A stretch of 64,000 nucleotides of DNA. Source: Psilocybe cubensis (lineage: Eukaryota). The translations under genes and the position numbers were made by a program. The notes beneath the pieces were generated by a model that had not been told where the DNA came from, did not search any database, and saw only the letters and a list, made by a program, of their open reading frames with translations. Location of the stretch: the NCBI GenBank assembly GCA_017499595.2, contig CM039002.1:3596001-3660000 (forward strand). Reading direction: 5' to 3'. This document shows, in pieces, positions 51,919-58,663 of this stretch (its first letter is position 1; each line of letters starts with the position of its first letter).

Positions 51919-52034
51919 CGTGCCTGTGTGCTAATTTAGCCATTGCGAACGACTCGATTTCGGAACACTCCGAAAACGTTTGGCGTGGCTTGGTTATATG
52001 CTCGCATAGTCAATTTCACACGCTTTCTGCTCCT
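51919..52034 (+). repeat. Dispersed hairpin repeat, copy 6
   Basis: CGTGCCTGTGTGCTAATTTAGCCATTGCGAACGACTCGATTTCGGAACACTCCGAAAACGTTTGGCGTGGCTTGGTTATATGCTCGCATAGTCAATTTCACACGCTTTCT. Confidence 0.93.
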
Positions 52035-52347
52035 ACCTTTCGCAAGGAACACCCCTGTGGACATTCTCTACGGGCAAAGGTGCGTGTCTATGTACATCCT
52101 CGATTACCAAAGGGAAAGTCTTGTGATCCATTTGATAATTAAAGGGACGTGCCTGTACCGGTAGAGTTGATCAACTTCGAGCCAGCAGGATTTCAGGCCA
52201 AACGATCAAGCACATTTGTCTCTTTGCGTTGTCCCCCGTATTTACTATACTTGAAACGGATAGATTGGATCATAGCATACGGAATATAGACTGAAAATCA
52301 AACTGTTCTACCAAAATCTACTCATGATTATGTAGTAAGGTTGATAG

Positions 52348-52657
52348 TTGTATACCGGGATTCAGACGGTAAGGTTGCGTCGTTCGGATTATAATGTTAG
52401 GCTCATTGCATCGGATTATCCAGATCTGGCTAAAATCCTGTTGTCTCCGCCAAACGTCGATCTCAGCCAGCTTAAAGCACTCAAATATCTAACATTACAC
52501 TATGGAGACATTCGCAATCAAATGTCGAATTCGCTACCCATTGGACTTTACATCTCACACGTATCCTCGATCCTTCAAGCATGTCCCGACACCATTTGTT
52601 ATCTGACTATAATCTTGGAACAAGTGACTCCTTGTAAAGAAGGCATAGCAGCTGATC
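52348..52657 (+). pseudogene. LRR-like (F-box-type) coding fragment truncated by telomeric repeats
   Basis: VDLSQLKALKYLTLHY...ILQACPDTICYLTI; the open frame runs straight into TTTAGGG repeats. Confidence 0.45.
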
Positions 52658-52683
52658 TAGGGTTTAGGGTTTAGGGTTTAGGG
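52658..52683 (+). repeat. Interstitial telomeric seed (TTTAGGG)n
   Basis: TAGGG TTTAGGG TTTAGGG TTTAGGG at the junction between unique DNA and the first retroelement. Confidence 0.92.
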
Positions 52684-52750
52684 GGGGAGCGAGCACCGAG
52701 CGAAGCGAGGTGCGAGCGACTAGTTTAAACTGGGAGTTAAAATGGAAAGA

Positions 52751-52815
52751 AGCCAGAGGGCTGTTGGGGGATCCCAACAACCAGCCCTTTCGTCTTTATA
52801 GACTCTTCAGTGGCT
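52751..52815 (-). ncRNA. Type I hammerhead ribozyme, variant A
   Basis: AGCCA CUGAAGA GUCU-AUAA-AGAC GAAA GGGCUG...CAGCCC UC^UGGCU; predicted cleavage between 52756 and 52755. Confidence 0.92.
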
Positions 52816-53330
52816 ATTCTTAGAAGGAATGTTCTAGACATCCGATGACAGCGCGTGAAGTGATGCTGCGCAGCTGTCATGTATCTTACCGACTATCACA
52901 AATCTGTCAATGTTTATTGTCAAGTTAGACAGGTTTCTGATGAACAGAGTGTCACGGGTCAATGTGGCACATGGTAACCTGTCAAAAATGGATCCAACAC
53001 TTTTGTTCTTTGACATCGTGGGTTATTGACTGTGATGTGAATCACATGGATATAGAGTACTCTGGTTACGTGGCTCCGAGTAACCGCGACATGGGAATAT
53101 TCACATGTCTAGAGTATAAATAGCTTACCTGGGTCCTTACCTAACAATCAATTGATTGATTGTTGTGAATCTTAATTGGACAGTTCATGATCCGGTCCAT
53201 CAAAAATGTTTCCACGGTACTAAGGAACTTTTCCCGAAGTACTAAGTAACTTTTCCCATGTACTAAATTAGATCCGGCCCTTCACAATCACATCCGTTCG
53301 GAAATTCACACGCCTACCTTACTTCCTACT

Positions 53331-53410
53331 AAGGTTAGACTTAGTTAGCTTAGGGTTGGGGTTAGGTTAGGGCTTAGGGTTTAGGGTTTAGGGTTTAGGT
53401 TTAGGTTTAG
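53331..53410 (+). repeat. Element-encoded degenerate telomeric tract (also at ~57743, 58472, 62897, 63608)
   Basis: AAGGTTAGACTTAGTTAGCTTAGGGTTGGGGTTAGGTTAGGGCTTAGGG(TTTAGGG)2(TTTAGG)2TTTAG; same order of variants in every copy. Confidence 0.9.
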
Positions 53411-53522
53411 CTATTCAATCCAATGTGTTGCTTGTAAGTAGATGTTTGTTACTTTATAGCAAGGAATACTTACGGTTAGGGTTTTTTTCTAATGCTTTAC
53501 GCCTTAAGCGCTAGTATTCTTT

Positions 53523-56500
53523 TCATCGGTTGTAAGATTTGGATATTCTGCCGAATTCTGGATGTTCCCTCTCTTGTGAGATTGAACGTCTATGAAGTAT
53601 TATCTCGTTATCACTTTCGATACTTATCTGCTCAGCAGCTTCAACTAAAGCAGAATGATAAGTTTCATTAACGTTTTGAGTTTCGGGAACAACACCACCT
53701 TTTTCAGCGATGTCTTCATCCAGTTTACGAAAGACTGTTTTCTTCCACACATTTGCAAGGTCGAAAAGATTAGTATTGCGTTTTCGCGATACTATCCAAC
53801 GACTTCCGAGTAGTCCTATCTTCCTCAAATCCGGTACGAACTCAGTTTCTCCGTCCACGAGGATCTGTGTGAACAGCTCCGGGCGAACATCATCGAGGTC
53901 GTGAACGTAATTTGGATCTGGTTTGATAAGGGGTCTGGACGAGTCTGCACTATACAAACCTTTCTCGGCATGTTCATACCATGCCGACCAGTACTCGGTA
54001 ACAGTTTTTCCAAGTTCAGCAGCTGAAAACCAATTCCATACCTGATCAAATCTGGTTTTAAGTACAAGAATGGATTCGTCGTGCTCTGCGACTCGTAAAG
54101 CGAATCGCTTTTCCCAACGTTCTTGTATATTCTTCTTACACCAAGATATGACTAGGTTTTCGGGATAACCGCGCATCAAATAGAGAGCGTTAAGGTCTCT
54201 AATTGCTCCGATGTAGATTTCCTTGGTACTACATAGCACGGCTAACCTGGATAACTCTCCAATGTAGACGCCACGTTTGACGTCCAAAGGATGATGTGAT
54301 ACCCATGGAACTCGTTCTCGGTTGTTTCCTGTCTTGACAAAAGGCTTCCAATGAAGTTTTCCAGACTCCTTGAATATGAAAGCATCGAGAAATTGACATC
54401 CCGACGAGGAAACAGCCCATTCGATAACACAACCATCGAACTTTATTGTTTCTTTAATAAGATTAAGTGCAAGTGCTTCGGACTCGGTGTAAACAATTGC
54501 GAAACAATCGTCGATGTACCTTCCATAGAAGGCCACGTTTGGGTGGTCCAAGATTTTTGACTTTATTTCAAAATGGGCTCCAAAGAGGTTAGCAAGGTCC
54601 GGAGAATCCGCGACGCCCATTGCGAGGCCATTTTTTTGTCTAAAATATCTAGACCCATGTTGTGTTATCAATTGCGTATTGCCAATCTCGATAGCACGTT
54701 TAAAGATGCCCAATTTAACCAAGTTATTTTCTAACGAATTTGGATTAATATGGGCTAATGCAGTGTTTTCTTCCGAAGCGTTGAGTAACCATTCCTCGTA
54801 CATACTACAAACGATTTCGATGCACGAGTCCAACGGAATATTGGGATAGAAAGCAACTACATCTCCAGTGACAAAATACCATTGTCTATTGGAGTCTATA
54901 CGCAATTGGCTTAATCTCGTAAAGAGATCCTTCGTTCCGTGTATGATTGAAGGAGTCGATTTAATAATCGGCTTAAGCTCTTTTGATACGAACTTGGCTG
55001 CAGGATTAAATACTACAGAGTGACACGGAATTATGGGCCTAAATCCAGTAGGTTTTTTATGGATTTTAGGTATACCATGAAATTGAGGATACTTGAACGA
55101 TGATCCGTCTTCCGGTATATTTGATAGAAAAAATCGAGACAACCCAAGTTCAAATAGAAACAGATGTTCATCTTCGACAGTACGTGCGAGCGTTTGCATC
55201 TGAATCATTTTGCTCTTCATAACTTCTTGAGCAACTTCGAATTCTAACTCTTCGTAGTTGCGTTCATCTTCAAGAAGATTGAGCTCATTCCTTATTATCC
55301 AGTCGCGTTCAGACACCGCGAGGCCAAGATTCTTATCTGTCATCGTAATAACATAGTTGTTATCGATAAGAAACTTACGGATCTTGTCCCTTTTAGGAGA
55401 GAACGCGTGCTTTCGCATCTCCGTGAGGGCTTCTTCCGGGATACTTGCGATCGTGCGTTGCACGTACCGACGTCCCATCGAAAGGCCAAGTTCCATATAT
55501 TGCGGTAATACAGGAGGTTTTTCTTTTTTCTTAGAGCTTACTCCATAATCTGGATCAAAAGGTTTATTCATGCCTTCCTTAAACAAAAAATAGATACGCC
55601 ATCTTATTCTTCGTTGAAAATCATTCCATGCTTGCATGATCAGACTTTTAGAAGGCAGTGTGAAAAACATATAATTTAGTCCGAGAGAGAGATCGTTTGC
55701 TACATCAACAGGGACAGAAACACCAGGACTACAATGTACACTACTACGATACTGGCCAGCCAACAAGAATGAAATTGGAGTATGTAAGTGTACGAAAGAA
55801 ACCGCGTCTGTTTTAGTCATGGTGAGTATATCGTCAGGAATAGAGTTGGGGAAGGCGGGTCTCACCGACGTAAATGATGCTACAGTAGACCGCGCGTCTA
55901 GGCTCTTGCCTTTCCCTTTCCCTTTGGATCGTTGTTCTTGACGGGAGCTCTCCCCTTCCCTTTCTTCTTGTTGTCGACCTTGTTGGAAGCCTTGGTTTGG
56001 GGCTTCCTCTGCGAAGGCATCGACGACGACTTGGGTTTCGAAGGGCCAGCTTTCCTGGCCTGAGGTTGAGGAGCCTTGGACGAATTCTGGCCAGACAAAG
56101 TCTGGGTAATTAGAGTAATAATTAGTGTCCAGAATTATGGGTGAAGGGTTACGAAAACTTGCCTTCTTGCCCACAGATCCAAGGTTGAGCTTTTTGAGAC
56201 GTGCATTCAAGCCCTTATCAATAAGGGATTGAATCGACGGACCTGGTTTGGTCGCGTCGGCCATCTCGACATCGGCTGTTGCCGCAGTCGTCCGCTTTTT
56301 CTCAATCTTAATTGCCAAGGCGCGGTGGCGCATGTTGACAATTTGTTTGATATGAGAAAAGATCGCCGGCAGTATAGTTTGCAGCGCACTGCATTCGGCT
56401 TTCTTTTGCGGAGACACTACCCACTCTGCTATACGTCGGACTCCCTTGTTGTCTGTAGAGAAAACAGGGAGCTTGTAGCTGGATTTGCGATCATCGTAAG

Positions 56501-57056
56501 TTGCCTTAACGATGAGGGCAGCAGCTTCGTAGCAAGAGTTCAGTGCGCATTTATCATCCCAAAAGGCCAGCTCATCCTTTTTCGCCTGAATGGCGCCGTC
56601 GTTAATCGCCTTTTGGAAGACGTCACGAGTGGTAGAGAACGTAGTGGAGACTCGAAGAGCCTCCGCTGACCCGGCATCCGCGAATTCCTTCGTGAGTTGG
56701 AACTCGGGCGCCTTCACCTTAAGGCGATTGGGCGTGTTGCCTGCGCTAACGGCAGATTCAAGGCGCTCGAGGCTAGCCTTGACTGTTTCTCTCTTATCGC
56801 ACCACGATGCGAGGTTGAGAAGAAACTCCCTGAGGGCAGCACGATAGTCAAAAAAGACGCAGTCTATGACTTGGTCAACGGAGCGGCACTCAGCTATTTT
56901 TTTGATGACCACAGTGGCCAGCTCGTCGATCAGAGCGTTATGGCGGCCTGCTTCATCGTTGACGCCGAAGACGGTGTTGTTGACGACGGCCTGGGTGAGT
57001 GCGTCCAGGGTGGGGGACATGGCACGAGAGAAAGCAGCAGAGTATTGGGATGACAT
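53523..57056 (-). CDS. Penelope-like reverse transcriptase, 1177 aa, no GIY-YIG endonuclease
   Basis: FHGIPKIHK..FRPII, TGDVVAFYPNI (motif A), QKNGLAMG.ADSPDLAN (B'), GRYIDD (C), CQFLD (E). Confidence 0.95.
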   Translation of the reverse strand: MSSQYSAAFSRAMSPTLDALTQAVVNNTVFGVNDEAGRHNALIDELATVVIKKIAECRSVDQVIDCVFFDYRAALREFLLNLASWCDKRETVKASLERLESAVSAGNTPNRLKVKAPEFQLTKEFADAGSAEALRVSTTFSTTRDVFQKAINDGAIQAKKDELAFWDDKCALNSCYEAAALIVKATYDDRKSSYKLPVFSTDNKGVRRIAEWVVSPQKKAECSALQTILPAIFSHIKQIVNMRHRALAIKIEKKRTTAATADVEMADATKPGPSIQSLIDKGLNARLKKLNLGSVGKKASFRNPSPIILDTNYYSNYPDFVWPEFVQGSSTSGQESWPFETQVVVDAFAEEAPNQGFQQGRQQEEREGESSRQEQRSKGKGKGKSLDARSTVASFTSVRPAFPNSIPDDILTMTKTDAVSFVHLHTPISFLLAGQYRSSVHCSPGVSVPVDVANDLSLGLNYMFFTLPSKSLIMQAWNDFQRRIRWRIYFLFKEGMNKPFDPDYGVSSKKKEKPPVLPQYMELGLSMGRRYVQRTIASIPEEALTEMRKHAFSPKRDKIRKFLIDNNYVITMTDKNLGLAVSERDWIIRNELNLLEDERNYEELEFEVAQEVMKSKMIQMQTLARTVEDEHLFLFELGLSRFFLSNIPEDGSSFKYPQFHGIPKIHKKPTGFRPIIPCHSVVFNPAAKFVSKELKPIIKSTPSIIHGTKDLFTRLSQLRIDSNRQWYFVTGDVVAFYPNIPLDSCIEIVCSMYEEWLLNASEENTALAHINPNSLENNLVKLGIFKRAIEIGNTQLITQHGSRYFRQKNGLAMGVADSPDLANLFGAHFEIKSKILDHPNVAFYGRYIDDCFAIVYTESEALALNLIKETIKFDGCVIEWAVSSSGCQFLDAFIFKESGKLHWKPFVKTGNNRERVPWVSHHPLDVKRGVYIGELSRLAVLCSTKEIYIGAIRDLNALYLMRGYPENLVISWCKKNIQERWEKRFALRVAEHDESILVLKTRFDQVWNWFSAAELGKTVTEYWSAWYEHAEKGLYSADSSRPLIKPDPNYVHDLDDVRPELFTQILVDGETEFVPDLRKIGLLGSRWIVSRKRNTNLFDLANVWKKTVFRKLDEDIAEKGGVVPETQNVNETYHSALVEAAEQISIESDNEIILHRRSISQEREHPEFGRISKSYNR
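55898..57056 (-). CDS. Predicted spliced ORF1 (365 aa) with Lys-rich basic tail; intron 56102-56162
   Basis: Donor AAG/GCAAGT, CTAAT branch candidates, acceptor CCCAG/. Splicing joins GKK to TLSGQNSSK...KGKGKARA*. Confidence 0.7.
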
Positions 57057-57162
57057 AGTGGCTGATGGGTGATAGCAAAGTCGTTGGGTTTAGGGGGGGA
57101 GCGAGCACCGAGCGAAGCGAGGTGCGAGCGACTAGTTTAAACTGGGAGTTAAAATGGAAAGA

Positions 57163-57227
57163 AGCCAGAGGGCTGTTGGGGGATCCCAACAACCAGCCCT
57201 TTCGTCTTTATAGACTCTTCAGTGGCT
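57163..57227 (-). ncRNA. Type I hammerhead ribozyme, variant A
   Basis: Identical to 52751-52815. Confidence 0.92.
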
Positions 57228-57881
57228 ATTCTTAGAAGGAATGTTCTAGACATCCGATGACAGCGCGTGAAGTGATGCTGCGCAGCTGTCATGTATCTTA
57301 CCGACTATCACAAATCTGTCAATGTTTATTGTCAAGTTAGACAGGTTTCTGATGAACAGAGTGTCACGGGTCAATGTGGCACATGGTAACCTGTCAAAAA
57401 TGGATCCAACACTTTTGTTCTTTGACATCGTGGGTTATTGACTGTGATGTGAATCACATGGATATAGAGTACTCTGGTTACGTGGCTCCGAGTAACCGCG
57501 ACATGGGAATATTCACATGTCTAGAGTATAAATAGCTTACCTGGGTCCTTACCTAACAATCAATTGATTGATTGTTGTGAATCTTAATTGGACAGTTCAT
57601 GATCCGGTCCATCAAAAATGTTTCCACGGTACTAAGGAACTTTTCCCGAAGTACTAAGTAACTTTTCCCATGTACTAAATTAGATCCGGCCCTTCACAAT
57701 CACATCCGTTCGGAAATTCACACGCCTACCTTACTTCCTACTAAGGTTAGACTTAGTTAGCTTAGGGTTGGGGTTAGGTTAGGGCTTAGGGTTTAGGGTT
57801 TAGGGTTTAGGGGGGGAGCGAGCACCGAGCGAAGCGAGGTGCGAGCGACTAGTTTAAACTGTGAGTTTGAAATAGAAAGAA

Positions 57882-57946
57882 GGCCAGAGGGCTGTTTGGG
57901 GGTACAAACGGCCAGCCCTTTCGTCTTTATAGACTCTTCAGTGGCT
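57882..57946 (-). ncRNA. Type I hammerhead ribozyme, variant B
   Basis: Same catalytic core; stem III extension GUUUG-UACCCC-CAAAC. Confidence 0.9.
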
Positions 57947-58663
57947 ATTCTTAGAAGGAATGTTCTGGAACATCCGATGACAGCGCGTGAAGTGATGCTG
58001 CGCAGCTGTCATGTATCTTACCGACTATCACAAATCTGTCAATGTTTATTGTCAAGTTAGACAGGTCTCTGATGAACAGAGTGTCACGGGTCAATGTGGC
58101 ACATGGTAACCTGTCAAAAGTGGATCCAACACTTTTGTTCTTTGACATCGTGGGTTATTGACTGTGATGTGAATCACATGGATATAGATTACTCTGGTTA
58201 CGTGGCTCCGAGTAACCGCGACATGGGAATATTCACATGTCTAGAGTATAAATAGCTTACCTGGGTCCTTACCTAACAATCAAAAAATAGAATGATTGAT
58301 TGTTGTGAATCTTAATTGGACAATTCATGATCCGGTCCATCAAAAATGTTTCCACGGTACTAAGGAACTTTTCCCGAAGTACTAAGTAACTTTTCCCATG
58401 TACTAAATTAGATCCGGCCCTTCACAATCACATGCCGTTCGGAAGTTCACACGCCTACCTTATTTCCTACTAAGGTTAGACTTAGTTAGCTTAGGGTTGG
58501 GGTTAGGTTAGGGCTTAGGGTTTAGGGTTTAGGGTTTAGGTTTAGGTTTAGCTATTCAATCCAATGTGTTGCTTGTAAGTAGATGTTTGTTACTTTATAG
58601 CAATGAATACTTACGGTTAGGGTTTTTTTCTAATGCTTTACGCCTTAAGCGCTAGTATTCTTT

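Larger units (their letters stand above)
52681..57809 (-). mobile_element. Endonuclease-lacking Penelope-like telomeric retroelement (Coprina-type), copy A: pLTR-ORF-pLTR
   Basis: Matching ~717-bp direct repeats (52681-53397, 57093-57809) flank a PLE RT ORF; the 3' end is joined to telomeric repeats. Confidence 0.93.

Noticed and set aside
25279-52034. CRISPR interpretation of the dispersed hairpin repeat
   Set aside because: Spacers are kilobases long and contain intron-bearing genes, the genome is eukaryotic, and there are no cas genes.
52927-52985. Second hammerhead on the + strand (CTGATGA)
   Set aside because: No correctly placed stem II-GAAA-stem III follows; the CTGATGA sits in a simple hairpin.
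52834-53016. 60-65 aa ORF (MSKNKSVG...) repeated in each pLTR
   Set aside because: Recurrence only reflects pLTR identity; the stop position varies between variants and no domain is recognisable.
53523-57056. Telomerase (TERT) call for the RT
   Set aside because: Multicopy, flanked by pLTRs with hammerheads, and no TERT T-motif seen; fits a Penelope-like RT.
56229-57192. Antisense and alternative-frame ORFs over the PLE ORF1 region
   Set aside because: Shadow ORFs of a GC-rich coding strand, with no independent support.
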